Part shown: positions 38,641 to 53,702 of the stretch, piece after piece
Layout: the number at the start of each line of letters is the position of its first letter
Position numbering within the stretch: position 1 is the first letter of the stretch
From: Eledone cirrhosa
Taxonomy: Eukaryota
Length of the DNA stretch: 64,000 bases
Direction of reading: 5' to 3'
Assembly: GCA_964016885.1 (NCBI GenBank)
Contig: OZ024741.1
Span: 94,488,001 to 94,552,000, forward strand
Made by a program: the position numbers and the translations under genes
Notes under the pieces: generated by a model
Seen by the model: the letters and a program-made list of their open reading frames with translations, nothing else
Told to the model about the DNA's origin: nothing
Databases searched by the model: none

Positions 38641-38937
38641 GGTGGCTGCCAACTCGTTTTCGAGTACGGCCACTACTTTATATCCATGTAAGAGAACCCC
38701 TACTGATGCGTTGAACGAGTGTGACTTTTTAGTCCAGCCAGCGACTTGAAAACTCTGGTACAAACACTACACTTGCGACCATTATTGACACATAGTGCTG
38801 GTCCCATGGTACCATGTGACGACAAGTGCAGAGAGATGTCCAGTTATAAAGCAATGCCTGTGCCGTGAAGCTTTTATAGTGAGCAAAGGCACTGCACAAA
38901 GCCAGTCCCACTCTCTTAACCAAGATGATATTTACCA
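38639..38937 (-). mobile_element. Non-autonomous RTE-derived element, subfamily 1, 5'-truncated
   Basis: Matches 10022-10320; (CATA)n on both flanks. Confidence 0.8.
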
Positions 38938-39115
38938 TACATACATACATAGATACACACATACATACATACACCCATACACACACATTCATACATACCA
39001 CCATACATACACCCATACATACATACACCCATACATACATACACCCATACATACACACATTCATACATACATACACCCATACATACATACATACACCCAT
39101 ACACACACATTCATA

Positions 39116-40550
39116 GTTGTAGTTGTCACCTGCAGTCAGGTGACAACTACAGATATCTTGGACAGGATGAGAATGTCAGATATGATGGACCCATAAATAA
39201 GGAGAGAACCAGAACTGAATACCTCAGAAGAGTAAAAAAAATATGGTCATCAGAACTGTCAGCATACAACAAATACATTGCCCACAATACCTATGCTGTG
39301 CCAATTCTAACGCCAACATTTGGCCTACTGAACTGGTCATTGCAAGAACTAAGTGAGATGGATGTTAGAACTCGAAAACTTCTCAGTGTTACTGGGAACT
39401 TTAACATCAATGGTGATGTGGATAGGCTATACTTCTCACGCAAGGAAGGTGGCCGAGGTCTAAAATCAATATTAACAACATATGAGACCCGGATAGTAAC
39501 ACTGAAGCAACACCTTCAACAGAGGGAAAAGGTTGGCGACCATCTTGCTCAGGTTTATGAGCATGAAAAAAGAAATATCATTAGAATAGCGACTGATCTG
39601 GAGGAGAGATATGGAATAAAGCCTGATATAAATCTCTCACCCAGAGAAATCGGAAGATCCTATTCAATGTTCAAACAAGAAAAAAAATTGACCAATTTAC
39701 AGAGAAAGTTGTGCATGGATACTTGAGGCGTAAAACACAGACCATAGAGGGTATAAACCACTCAAAAAGCCTGGCATGGAGTTCCGACAAGTTTATGACA
39801 TCACACCTTGAGGGATATCTCTATGCAATACAGGAACAAGAACTCCCTACCAAATATCTGCTGCACAAAAGAGGAGGGCCAGCAGTTGACAATAAATGTA
39901 GGCTATGTAAAACAAAGATCGAGGATGTAAGCCACATTGTTGCCAGCTGCGAAAGAATGTCATCTCGCTACTACCTCCCCATGACACACGATGGGATAGC
40001 TAGAACTATCTGGAACGCACTTCGGAAAACAAAATTAACAACAAACGAGGAACAATATATTGAGACAGATGGCACTAAGGAATACTGGTGGAACCTGAAA
40101 ATAAAAACTGCCACCAAATTAAAGCACAACCGGCCTGATATTGTAGTTTGGGACCACACATTGAAAACGTGTTCTGTTGTGGAGATCAGCTGCCCACTTG
40201 ATGTAAACGTTGTCAGAAAAATACAGGAGAAGGAAGACATCTACGGACCATTGATGAGGAGTTTACAAATCCAGTATCCAAGATACACCTTTAGCTTCAT
40301 ACCCATCATTATTGGTGCTACGGGTTATATACCAACCCGCTTGGACCAAAGTATGACCGAACTTGGATTTGCGGACAAAAAGCGCAGCTCCCTAATTCAT
40401 AGTCTACAAATGGCTGCGATAGCTGGCACCTTCAAAATTTGCAAAACATTCTTGCGATTCAAGGGATGACAATTTCTTTTCTTTTACAACCTTGCCACCA
40501 GGAAGGTGGCCGGTCAAAAAAATATACTCGAAATTAAGAGAAAGAGAAAA
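39116..40550 (+). mobile_element. 5'-truncated R4/Dong-like retrotransposon (RT C-terminus plus RLE)
   Basis: YRYLG, RLYFSRKEGGRGL, MHGYL, AIQEQEL, KCRLCKTKIEDVSHIVASC, HNRPDIVVWD, VEISCP, EKEDIYGPL, PIIIGATG. Few frameshifts. Confidence 0.88.
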
Positions 40551-41155
40551 CCATACACCCATACACACACATTCATACATACATACACCCATACATACAT
40601 ACACCCATACATACATACACCCATACATACATACACCCATACATACACACATTCATACATACATACATACACCCATACATACATACACCCATGCATACAC
40701 CCATACATACATACATACATACATACATACATACATACATACATACATACATACATACACACACATACATACATACACCCATACACACACATTCATACAT
40801 ACCACCATACATACACCCATACATACACCCATACATACACACATTCATACATACATACACCCATACATACATACATACATACATACATACATACACCCAT
40901 ACACACACATACATATATACATACACATTCATACATACACCCATACACACACATTCATACATACACCGATACATACATACATACACGCATACATACACCC
41001 ATACATACACACATTCATACATACATACACCCATACATACATACACCCATACACACACACATACATATATACATACACCCATTCATACATACACCCATAC
41101 ATACATACTACATACATACATACATATATACATACATACATATATACATACATAG
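40551..41155. repeat. CATA/CACCCATA compound minisatellite
   Basis: Seen directly; the same repeat lies at 38936-39115 on the other side of the R4-like insertion. Confidence 0.9.
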
Positions 41156-41343
41156 ACGTGTAAAAAGATGAGATAAATCGATTAAAAGGAAGTGAGAGAT
41201 AACGAAAGAAAGGTAGAAGAGTCTTTGAAATTGTTGAATAAACCTGAAAGTGTCAGACATTGTTATCGGAGATTCTCAGGTTATTTTCCTTTCTCCTAAT
41301 TTGGTTGGAGAAAACATAAGATCGGCAAATGTTAGTCATACAT

Positions 41344-41990
<647 letters not shown>

Positions 41991-42204
41991 CACATCATCC
42001 ACATGATAATTAAGTGATAATGTATGATTAAAACATTATACCTCTAAAGTATGCAAAAAATATATGGTGAAAGTAAAGAAATTATATATTAACTTATATT
42101 TACATGGAAATAAACGGAGGACAATAAACGGTGTTTCCTTCCTTACAGGTATCCCCAGTAAAGCACGAACTCTACGTAATGTACTGATATATTAGAAAAC
42201 AAGT

Positions 42205-43140
42205 CGCTCTTCCTTCAGGCGGATCGAGTCTGGCTTGGACCAACACCGCCTCACATACCTCTGATTTGCTTCACAGCCAAACAGTGGTGTGGGGCTCAAT
42301 TCGTTGCCCTCCTTATCAATCGGTACCCTTCTTGATGATGTTTCCACTTACATCGGAATGAGCCAACGCCTTCGCCTCCACGTGTGTGAGCCATATAAAT
42401 GCCGTTGTGGGGCTGTCGTCGACGAGTTTGGCCTGTACCAACTGTCATGCGACGACAGTGCAGGCCGGTTCCCTCGACCTGCCGCTCTGAACGACATTGT
42501 GAGAAGGAGACTGGATGCAGCTGGCTTCCCATCACAACTGGGGCCTCAAACGCGGCAAACACCCAGACGAAATTACCCTCTGCCCATTTGAAGGAGGTAG
42601 ATCCCTCATATGGGTCGCCACATGTGGTGACACGTTCTCCGCCTCCAACTTAGTCGCTTCGCCCACAAAACCTGGTACTGCGGCCCGCAATGCAGAAGAA
42701 AGGAAGACAAGCAAATACCGGGTATTGTCCAGCCGCTTCCTCTTCGCACCGGTAGCCGTCAAGACCTCATCTCAGGCGTCCTCGGACCCAGTACAGCCGA
42801 GTTCCTCCTGTACTTCAGCAGCCCGTCTGAGGAAGGAGCCTCGCGAGATGGGGTGGCTGTTGCAGCGGTTGTCGCTGTCCATTATCCGCGGAAATACTTT
42901 TCCAGTTTTGTCCGCTGGGCGCAGTCCCAACACGGCCACGCTCTAGGCCTAGAGCGCAACACCCTCTCCCCTTCCCCTTCTTTTCCTCTGTGGCCCTAGA
43001 GTCCTTGCTTTTCCCCTCATTTTATTCTCATTTATGGCTTTTATATTTCTTTCCTCTACTTTCCCATACAGCCAGATCCTCCCTTCTTTACCTCTTCCCT
43101 GGATGTAATGTTATTTATACAATTGTAAATAAAATATTTT
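42205..43140 (+). mobile_element. CRE-like non-LTR retrotransposon 3' portion (zinc knuckle plus RLE), frameshifted
   Basis: CRCGAVVDEFG..LSC..SAGRFPR..ALNDIVRR, KHPDEITLCPFEGGRSLIWVATCGDT, AEERKTSKY, FAPVAVKT, LLQRLSLSIIRGN. Confidence 0.8.
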
Positions 43141-43572
43141 TCGGTAGATTACAGTATTTAGTTACGACTTTCTGCGTTCAAATCTCGCTGAAGTCATCCT
43201 TCCGGGGTCGATAAGTATCGGTCAAATATTGGGGGTGATTTAATCGACTTTTCTCTCTTCGCAACCCCAGCGTTGCCGGTCTTATGTCTAAATTAGACTT
43301 CATTATTATACCAGTAATGTACTGAGTAATTGCTGGCCTTGTGCCAAATGTAGAAACAATTATTATAAGACAGTTTAGGGCGGTGGCCTGGTACTATCGG
43401 TAAAGCGTCGGTTAACAGTCAGAGTTCAAATTCCGCTGAGATTAGCTTTTCCTCTCATCTTTACTAGGTAGATAAAATAAAGCACCAGTAACGTACTGAG
43501 ATCGATTTAATCGACTTTCCTCTCCCTCAAAAATTGTTGGCCTTGTGCCTAAATCAGTAAAACCATTATTAT
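43140..43572 (+). mobile_element. Tandem SINE copies, main family
   Basis: B-box and core motifs at about 43175 and 43422. Confidence 0.7.
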
Positions 43573-43913
43573 GAAACAGTATGTGAATGACCTCAATGTT
43601 TATGACTTCAAGAATTCAAGTTCATGTTAGTTCAAATTGAGTTTACTTTAATACATTAGTTGCTATACCCATTACTGTTTTTGCTGGTGCTGCTGCTGCC
43701 ACTGCTGTTGTTTGCAGGAAGTGCACGTGACATAAAATTTGATAATGTCTCTCATCCTTCTTTAATCTCTCTGGGGGACATGAGCAATGAAATTATTTCC
43801 AATTATATAAGTATCAAAACTTGTGGCTTTGACTGTAGCTGTGTACGTAATTATGTGTGAGCGTCTACGAGTGTGTGTGGTGTGTGTGTATGTTGTGTAT
43901 GTGTTTGTATGTG

Positions 43914-44000
<87 letters not shown>

Positions 44001-44046
44001 ATGTGTATGTGTGTGTGTAGGTGACTGTGCAGATGTGTATGTATAC

Positions 44047-44821
<775 letters not shown>

Positions 44822-44831
44822 TATATATATA

Positions 44832-44933
<102 letters not shown>

Positions 44934-45088
44934 ACGTATATATTTATATTTAAGTGCATAGGGTTTGCAGAAATAAAAATTTAATGAAATTCAACATGTC
45001 CGGTTTCCTATCATTTTACTCTATAATATTATATATATATATAGAGAGAGAAATATTAAAACAATGAAATTAATTCATAGTAAAACAC

Positions 45089-45224
45089 ATTATTTTACGA
45101 TCGTTTCTGGAGGGTAGTTCCCTGTATGTTCATTCAATTATTGATCTATGTAAAACATATTACAAAATATCATAGTAAGAAAAAGACACATACGTCTTCA
45201 CTACCCGCCGTCTTCAGAAATAAT
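45089..45224 (-). ncRNA. Type I hammerhead motif with greatly extended stem-loop II
   Basis: ATTATTT-CTGAAGA-C-GGCGGGTAGT..(about 80 nt)..ACTACCCTCC-A-GAAA-C-GATC-G-TA-AAATAAT. 7-bp stem I, palindromic ACGATCGT helix III. Confidence 0.7.
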
Positions 45225-45278
45225 TTATACGGTTTAGACCCTACCATTGAGTGGTAGAGTTATCTGTCTCTGTCTCTT

Positions 45279-45309
<31 letters not shown>

Positions 45310-45483
45310 GAAAAAAAGGAAAAGAATCCATTTTTTTCAAATAAACCTTACTGTACCAAGGATCTCACGCATTTTCCAATATATATATAACTTTAATAAC
45401 TTTGAGAGGTCTCGGCCAATATTGGTCCAGGCAATGTCTAACTTAATAGCATCAATATTTATATACAGTTGGCCAAATGTATG

Positions 45484-45513
<30 letters not shown>

Positions 45514-45518
<5 letters not shown>

Positions 45519-45993
45519 AACGAGTAGGACCCCGACGGCTGAGCTCAAGCCGTTTCGACGGCGAATTCTGGACTAAAATCAGTCCAGAATTAGCCATCGA
45601 AACGGCTTGAGCTCAGCCGTCGGGGTCCTACTCGTTCCTATTACCCACTCTACTACCCTAAGTATTGAGTACTTTGGTGCGTTATGGTCCACCTGGTTCA
45701 TTACCACATTTCCTTCGTTATATATATATATATGGTCGAAACGGCTTGAGCTCAGCCGTCGGGGTCCTACTCGTTCCTATATATATATATATGGATAGAG
45801 TCAGGACCCCGACGGCTGAGCTCCGGCCGTTTCGACAGCTAGATCCGAACAGTTTGGATCTAGCTGTCGAAACGGCCGCAGCTCAGCCGTCGGGATCCTG
45901 ACTTTTTTTCCTATTACACACTCTACTACCCTAAGTATTCAGTACTCTGGAGCGTTATGGTCCATCTGGTATCTTACCACATCCTCCTTGTTC
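45514..45993. repeat. Array of related foldback hairpin elements (two full, one half) separated by (TA)n
   Basis: Palindromes at 45514-45641 and 45798-45903, a half copy at 45736-45780. Each full copy is followed by the CCTATTAC.CACTCTACTACCCTAAGTA..AGTACT.TGG.GCGTTATGGTCCA tail. Confidence 0.85.
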
Positions 45994-46024
<31 letters not shown>

Positions 46025-46073
46025 CATACATACATACATACATACATACATACATACATACATACATACATAC

Positions 46074-46228
46074 ATGGTGGCTGCCAACTCGTTTTCGAGT
46101 ACGGCCACTACTTTATATCCATGTAGGAGAACTCCTACCGATGCGCTGAACGAGTGTGACTTTTTAGTCCAGCCAGCCACTTGAAAACTCTGGTACAAAC
46201 ACTACACTTGTGACAATTATTGACACAT
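46074..46228 (-). mobile_element. Non-autonomous RTE-derived element, subfamily 1, 5'-truncated
   Basis: Matches 10022-10177; pure (CATA)n on both flanks. Confidence 0.8.
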
Positions 46229-46296
46229 ACATACATACATACATACATACATACATACATACATACATACATACATACATACATACATACATACAT

Positions 46297-46680
46297 AAAA
46301 AAACATGGATATGTTGCTAGGAAGCTCCAGAGTGAGAGTAATATAGATAAGCAAAGTAGTCTATCTTGGACCAACAACCGCTATATTGGCTCCCACTTTG
46401 AAGGATATGCTTTTGCAATGCAACAACAGGAAATCAACACGAAATACCTGATTCACAAGACAGATAGGTATGCAGGCAAAACACCTAGAAGTGATAACAG
46501 ATACAGACTCTGCAGAATTAACATCGAAGATGTCACCCGTGTCGTAAGCAACTGTCCAAAGACGTCATCATGGTACTATTTACCTATGAGGCATGATGTA
46601 ATGGCCAAAACACTATACGATGCAATCCGCAGAAAAGATAGCCCCGACAATAAACATATTAAAAGTTACAGCAATGTAAT
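46297..46680 (+). mobile_element. R4/Dong-like fragment, same family as 19340-22920
   Basis: HGYVARKLQSESNIDKQSSLSWTNNRYIGSHFEG...; close to 21990-22365. Confidence 0.85.
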
Positions 46681-46839
46681 AGCTGAGGAAATCGGGTAAC
46701 ATATCTCTATAAACAGAAAAAACGGTTAACAGCGATTACAAAGAATCGACTCCAATGCTTGAACACAAAATGTAAAGAAATGTGACTAAATATCGCAAGG
46801 TATTACGGCCGCTGCTTTCACAGATACTATTATTTCATA

Positions 46840-47030
46840 ACAACGTATCAGTAGAGAGTCGGACACCAACATGCTTTGCAGCAAATAGTTACGTTCCTTT
46901 ATGTTCTGAGTTTAGATCCAGCCAAGGTTAGCTTTCCCTTTCATCCTTACGGGGTCGATAAAAATAAAGTACCAGTAACGCATTGGGGTTGATTTAATTG
47001 ATTTTCTCCTGCCCCTAAATTGTTGGCCTT
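46840..47030 (+). mobile_element. tRNA-derived SINE, main family
   Basis: TTTCATCCTTACGGGGTCGATAAAAATAAAGTACCAG core. Confidence 0.7.
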
Positions 47031-47256
47031 TTTATTTTATAACTATGTAAATATTATCCTAAAGCCAAAGGAACAATTAAACCGTTAGCGATGCAAAAAC
47101 ATTTTCAAAGGAACCGTAGGTATATAAAATTAAATTAGAAAATTATAAGTAAATAAATAAAAAAGAATTCATTATATTTCAGAATTGACTAGATATGGTG
47201 ATTGGCATATTCCATGTCATCTGTAGGTACTGTTAAGATTGTGGAGGTGTTGTATG

Positions 47257-47453
47257 CAGACATGCCAATCTATAAAAACCTAAACGGGGAGTACCATGAA
47301 AAAAGTGCCCTAAAACGGGGAGAAATGAGGTAAAATGGGGAGATTTTACATAATGAAAGCTATACCCATTTTCACAAGAGAAGACATCCCTCACCCACCC
47401 ACCCAAAGTGGGTGGGAGATCTCCCCGTCCGACGGGGAGAGTTGACAGGTCTG
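47257..47453. mobile_element. hAT-like MITE
   Basis: TIR CAGACATGCCAA / TTGACAGGTCTG; internal repeated AAACGGGGAG subterminal motifs; no clean TSD. Confidence 0.5.
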
Positions 47454-47572
47454 GTCTATGAAACTATTAGTTTTTTTTTTGTTCCATATCTCCCTCTTTC
47501 TCCCTCTCTCTTTACAGTATCTTTACTAGTGGGCAGATTGTTATAAAAATTTGTAGTATTATGGATTTGCTA

Positions 47573-48035
47573 TCTAAAAAAAGTACGGTATGTTTATGGA
47601 TAAACATTTAGAAAGCCGTAGCTATGCAAAACACGGGGGCTATCGCCCTCTGATGGTGTCCAGCAGAAGCAATGGAGACACCGTATTTCTTTAAAAACAC
47701 GAAATTTTAATACATATCTGTATACAGCTATGCATGAAGCTAAATCCTAATTCTATTCTATTATACGTTGAGCCAACTTATGCAACTTCATATGCAAATG
47801 AGATTAATGACCTCATTTACACAGACGAGAAAACTATATATTCTCAGCTTGTTTTCAAGTCCAGCAGTAGCAAGAGTGGGAGGGATCGTCCTGGTGAGAA
47901 CCAGTTGAGTTCGAAATGCATTGACGATTGTCTCCCTTGCTTCTGCTGGACACCACCAGAGGGTGATAGCCCTGGTGTTTTTCATAGCTACCGCTTTCTA
48001 AATGCTTATCCATAAACATACCGTATTTCTTTAGA
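47573..48035. repeat. ~107-bp imperfect inverted repeat (47573-47680 / 47929-48035)
   Basis: TACGGTATGTTTATGGATAAACATTTAGAAAGC...GGTGTCCAGCAGAAGCAA.GGAGACA and its reverse complement. Confidence 0.8.
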
Positions 48036-48734
48036 AATAAGAAATTTCAATATATATTCCTAACGATCGACTTTCGTCAAATCGGACCGAGGAAACAGTG
48101 TTTCCATTGGTCTTTCCAATTGCTAATACTATCTATCGGTCGCAACTCCAGGTATATATATACATACATAAATCATGATAGAACTAGTTTAAAACTAGTT
48201 AAACCACTACTTAGGTAGTAGAGTATGGCTATATATATATATGTGTGTATATATATATATATACGTGTGTGTGCGTGTGCGTGTTTGTATTCCTCTCTCA
48301 AGCAAAAACAACGGAAAGACGGATGGTCCCATCTCTTCAGTCATCCCCTGGAAATCACTACGGTTTGGGGTGCATTAAGTTTGATACCAATCATTCAAGT
48401 GCATATATATGGACATAACAAAACAAGTAGAGACGAGTTATGCATTTAGGCGAATTACACAAATATAGATAAACAAATTATCCCACGTGTCACCACACAC
48501 GAAAAGGTAGAGAACGGTGCGCAATAACTTAGCCAAAGGCGAAAAAAATACAAAACGGAGAGAAATAGTAAAATAAAGAAGAATGATCTGATGCATAGAA
48601 AGGATAAAAAGGGAGAATAAAGGAAGACAGACCGAATTGTGTGATGTCTATTATATGATAGCTTAAAAAAACCCATATGACTAAGTCTTTAGAATATGAA
48701 TTCAAAATAGGAAACGCACATATATATATATATA

Positions 48735-49160
48735 CTAGACTACCCATGACCCATTGGGTCACCAATAGTTCAAGGAATCCGAAAAAAACGCGTATCTCGG
48801 GACCCGTGGTCCGATTTACGCGAAACTTGTTTTATTCCGTTTGTATTCCCATTTCAGAGTTATGTTACTTTCGGAGTATTTTCCCATTATGCACCATTTT
48901 GGCTATTTATGAAGGTTTGCAGGGTTATGTTACTTTCGGAGTATTTTTCCATTATGCACCGTTTTGACTATTTATGAATGTACTCAGAAAAACCCATATC
49001 TCGGGACCCCGTGCTCCGATTTACGCGAAACTTGTTTTATTCCATTTGTATTCAGGTATTTCAGGGTCAACTTCCTTTCAAAGTATTTTCCCATTATTCT
49101 CCCTTTTGGCTGTATTACATTACAGACAAGCAAGCAAGCAAGCAATCACAGAATTTTAGT

Positions 49161-49165
<5 letters not shown>
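48735..49165 (-). mobile_element. Non-autonomous Helitron-like element
   Basis: Minus-strand 3' end: palindrome TGACCCAATGGGTCA (48747-48761) 8 nt before CTAG|T (48735-48738). (TTGC)n near the 5' end; internal ~130-bp duplication. Confidence 0.6.
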
Positions 49166-49236
<71 letters not shown>

Positions 49237-50074
49237 TATATATATATTCAACAAATTTGGATCACGCTTCTAGTATTTTAACAATTTTCATTCATCAACC
49301 GAATTTTAAGTTTTTTTAGGTTTTTTTTTAATTATTTTTAAAAGTCTTCATTTAAATATGTTGTACTAATGAGATTTATATTAATAAGAGAAAATAACAT
49401 TGGTAGAAATTACGTATTATTTCGATATCCAATATAGTTTGAATGCAAAATTTTTTAGTGTATATAATTTAAAAGCTTTCCTTTTTTTCAATACACTCCT
49501 TTATTTCATTCCTATTCTCATATATAATAAATCGCTTTAAAATTGGTCCGTTCGTCTAACGTATATTTCCCACTAATACAACATTAGCAGTAATACAAAA
49601 GAATGTTGACATTTTGACTAGGTTCAAAATGAAAGAACAAAATAAACATAAAATAAGTTCAAATAGAAATTAGTTTAAATAGAATATCTTGACGAAAAAA
49701 CGAATAAAAGTGTCAACCGATAGAAACAAATTCTGGTATAAAAGTTATTGAAGAAGAATTAGGGTCAGAGAATAATATAACGTTAGTACACAGATTATTG
49801 AAGATATGAAGATAATTGTGTCAGCTTATATAATAATTTTGGTAGCGAAGCTATTGAGAATAATGTCAGTCGATACATAGCTAAGTAACAAGTTTATGTA
49901 GAAAATTGGATAACTTTTTTTAATATAGGACATAGTAAACAAACAGTACAATAAAAAAAAACATGCTTGAAAGTTACGTTAGGTATAATGACACATAACT
50001 AAAAATATTTTATTTTGTCTGCGACTTGTAGTGGACACGCGACTTGTAGTGGACATGCTATTTCTACAGATGAA

Positions 50075-50735
50075 TAGTTAAAGCGTGGGATAAAATGCCT
50101 TGCGGAATTTAGTTATGGCCCTTTACGTTTTGAGTTCAAATCTCACACTGCTCAACTTTGCCTTTTTCTTCCGGGGTCAATAAAATAAAGTACCAGTAAA
50201 GTACTAAGAGTCGATATAATCGATTTTCCTAACCCCCCCCCCCCCTAATTGCTGGCCTTATACCTGATTCAAAAGTCATTAGCAACACTTGTTCTCGCTC
50301 TTTACGTTCTGAGTACAAATCCCATAGAGGTCTACTTTATCTTTCATCCTTCCGAGGTCGATAGAATAAAGTACTAATCGAATTCACCTCCCCAAAAATG
50401 TCTGTGTCAATGTTAGAAAGCCTTGTTGGTACAGATAGAAAGCTGAATTATGTTGAGAAAAGAAAACATAAGCGTCACAACTTCCTTCTTAATACAACTG
50501 CCTTAAAATACCATTTTTTTTTTTTTCTTTAGTATACAAGAATTGACTGTGAAATTATTCAATTTGTGGAAAGGAAATTGTTTATTAAACTAGTACTTTA
50601 TTTTATCGACCTCGATAGGATGAACGGCAAAGTTGATCTCGGCAGGATTTGAACCCAGAACGTAAAAAGTCGGAACAAATACTGTTAAACATTTGTCCGA
50701 TGCTCTAATAATTCTGCTAATTTACTGTCCTTGCT
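50075..50735. mobile_element. Three SINE copies (two plus, one minus)
   Basis: Main-family B-box/core motifs at about 50132, 50311 and 50590-50730. Confidence 0.7.
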
Positions 50736-51687
50736 AACTGTAGATATTAACCGGATTGATATAGGGAATAGATATTGATTGGAAAGTTATAGGGTTGATG
50801 ATGATTGAACAATTGTGGTCTATTTTTTTATTATTATAGTAACTATGTGAACACAGATGCTCAACATTTACGCGATGGGAACAGCTCAGAGTTGTTTATT
50901 GTATAGGCTCATGCGTTCATTTCTCTTATAAATGTATCTTTTAAAGCTCGCAAAAGTATTTCGTGAATGTCTCAATAAACACACCAGTCTCTTAGTTCTG
51001 ACCTTTTCTAAGCTGTAAGTGTACAGATTTGTCATGCACTTTTCATTGTTTTTCTGAACAGATATCATTATCTAATCATTTCACTTACGTCATTAATGTC
51101 CTTCTGAAAGATGTGGGATTTTACAAATACTATTTCTTTATCATCGAAAAGCATCTTAAATTTTGTATTTACCTTGAGACGGATAATTGGAAACCACTCT
51201 AATATACGCTTCTTAGTACACTATTAAAATAATGTCACAATATGTGTTTTAAATATATTTAAAGAAAAAAGAAATTGTACTGGTGATAATATAGCGAAAT
51301 GAAAATGAAAGGGCATAACATGAAAAATGAAAAAAGAACTGAAATAACTATAATGTATAATATGAATAAGAAGACAGACTGGAAGTGAAAGACCTGTAGA
51401 ATATGACGCTCCGAAAATCGTGAACACTACTTCCAAAAGTTCAAGGTATTTTAATGACAAAGCAAGAGCTAACACGAACCCTGTTCATACGTTGAAAGGT
51501 GTAAAATGTCAATAGAAAACTACTATAACGTAAAAACAATGAAACTAAAAATATACCTAGAATCAAGCAAAAGGAAACTGATTATTTTCTGAGGTTAATT
51601 AATGCATTGTGAGTGAAATTTGGTAGGTAGAAACTATATATATAACAAAGAGGGTGAGGTAAGATACCAGGTGAACCATAACACACA

Positions 51688-52212
51688 TTACTGGTACTTT
51701 ATTTTATCGACCCCGTAAGGATGAAAGGCAAAGTTAACCTTAAAATAATAATAATGGTTTCTGATTTAGGCACAAGGCCAGCATTTTTTGGGGGGGAGGG
51801 GGGGACAAGTCGATTAAATCGACCTCAGTACATGACTGGTGCTTTATTTTATTGACCCCGTAAGGATGACAGGCAAAGTTGAACTCAGTGGAAATTGAAC
51901 TCAAAACGTAAAGAGCCCGAACATGTACTACTACAAGTTTGTCCGACACTCTAACGTCTCTGCCAACCTACCACCTATCAGTAATAATAATAATGGTTTC
52001 TGATTTAGGCACAAGGCCAGCATTTTGGGGGGAGGATAAAAGTCGATTAAATCGACCCCAGTGCGTAACTGGTACTTTATTTTATCGACCCCGTAAGGAT
52101 GAAAGGCAAAGCTAACCTCAGCGGGATTTGAACTCAGAATGGCAAGGGCCGTAACTCTATGCGTCAAAGCATGGCGTCCGACCCTCTACCGATACTGCCA
52201 ATCCACCGCCCA
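51688..52212 (-). mobile_element. Tandem triplet of main-family SINEs
   Basis: TTTATTTTAT.GACCCCGTAAGGATGA occurs three times (about 51697, 51843, 52076). Confidence 0.8.
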
Positions 52213-52849
52213 TTGATACAAATAATGCAAATAAACAGTTGAGGATTTACATGAAAAGCGTTAACAGAAAATAAAAAAGCAGATAAGAAGAAAGTATCAA
52301 CAAATCAATTAATGACAACAGAATTCTGCAATAGGAACGACCTTCGTTGTAGTCAGCCGAGAGGTGGGTCTGTCCTACATGCGATGACAATAACAGTAAT
52401 AAAAACGATAACAACAACAACGATGACGGCTGCAGCGGCGGCGGCGACGACAACGAAGAAGAAGAAGAAGAAGAAGAAGAAGAAGAAGAAGAAGAAGAAG
52501 AAGAAGAAGAAGAAGAAGAAGAAGATAGCACTTTTCAGTTACCAGGTAGTGCATACATGTTGCGTAAAGTATTGTCAATACAACAACAATTGTAAAACCA
52601 AAACAAAACACTGCATCTACATACGACACATAGTACTGCACTTAATATTACAATGAATGCATCAAATACAAAATATGATTACTGGAACATAATAAGAATA
52701 ATTATATTGTTTGTATGTATGGACCAGTAATTCCTCATGGAATTATAGACGTGTCTTAGTGACAGACTGTCCTGGGAAGAGCCCCGCCTCGGTATGGTTG
52801 ATTTCTTCCAGAGAAGGAGAGAGAATGTGAGAAAGAAATATGAAAGAAG

Positions 52850-53015
52850 AATCGACCCCAATACTGGACTGGTCTTATTTTTAATTTATCGTCTGCAAGG
52901 GATGAAAGACGAAGTTGACCTCAGGCAGGATTAGAACTAAGAGCATAGTGACCCTCAACGCATACCTCGGAACAATCTATCCGACGCTCTAACGACTCTG
53001 TTAATTTACCGCCTA
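52850..53015 (-). mobile_element. tRNA-derived SINE, older copy
   Basis: Degenerate main-family motifs. Confidence 0.6.
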
Positions 53016-53030
53016 TTTCTAATATCTTCT

Positions 53031-53422
53031 TTATTTTCCACAGAGGTCATAGATGTGGTTCCATTCACAAGGACGAATCGCAAAAGTGGTCAAATATAGA
53101 AAAATGAACGTGAAAAACAACAGTATAATGGTGGAAACTCTGGCATCCTGAGGCCCCGCACCACCTCGGAGGTGACCATCTACAAGAAAGTGTCCTGCGA
53201 GATAAACTGGCTCTTTCAGTGTCTCTCTTTTGTTATCTTCTGGGATAATATATTCGCAATTCTGTCTGCTGGAGCCACGAGGCAACAGCCAGCCATCTGT
53301 TTTACAAAGGACATTAGATGATAGTGTTATCAATTAATATATTCATATAGATATGTTTGTGTGTGAGAGAGAGAGAGAGAAAGAGGGATGGAGAGAATCT
53401 GTGTATGTGTGTGAGAAAGAGA

Positions 53423-53471
<49 letters not shown>

Positions 53472-53616
53472 TATGTATGTGTGTGTGAGTTTCTAAAATA
53501 ATACATTGTTAAAGCCATCAAAAGATAAACACAAAACCATAGTTACACCTGAACACATGCACAAAATAAACCAGCACACAAACACATGGGCACACATACA
53601 CACATATACAAGTACA

Positions 53617-53702
<86 letters not shown>

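Noticed and set aside
50021-50056. 18-bp tandem GCGACTTGTAGTGGACAC/T
   Set aside because: Resembles a mariner/pogo subterminal repeat, but no matching opposite end was found.
52744-52806. Minus-strand mini-exon reading EINHTEAGLFPGQSVTKTRL*
   Set aside because: Weak acceptor (AAG), and it lies downstream of the candidate gene's stop with no compatible donor seen.
53043-53172. Plus-strand acceptor TTTATTTTCCACAG
   Set aside because: All three frames hit stops shortly after; the minus-strand model fits better.
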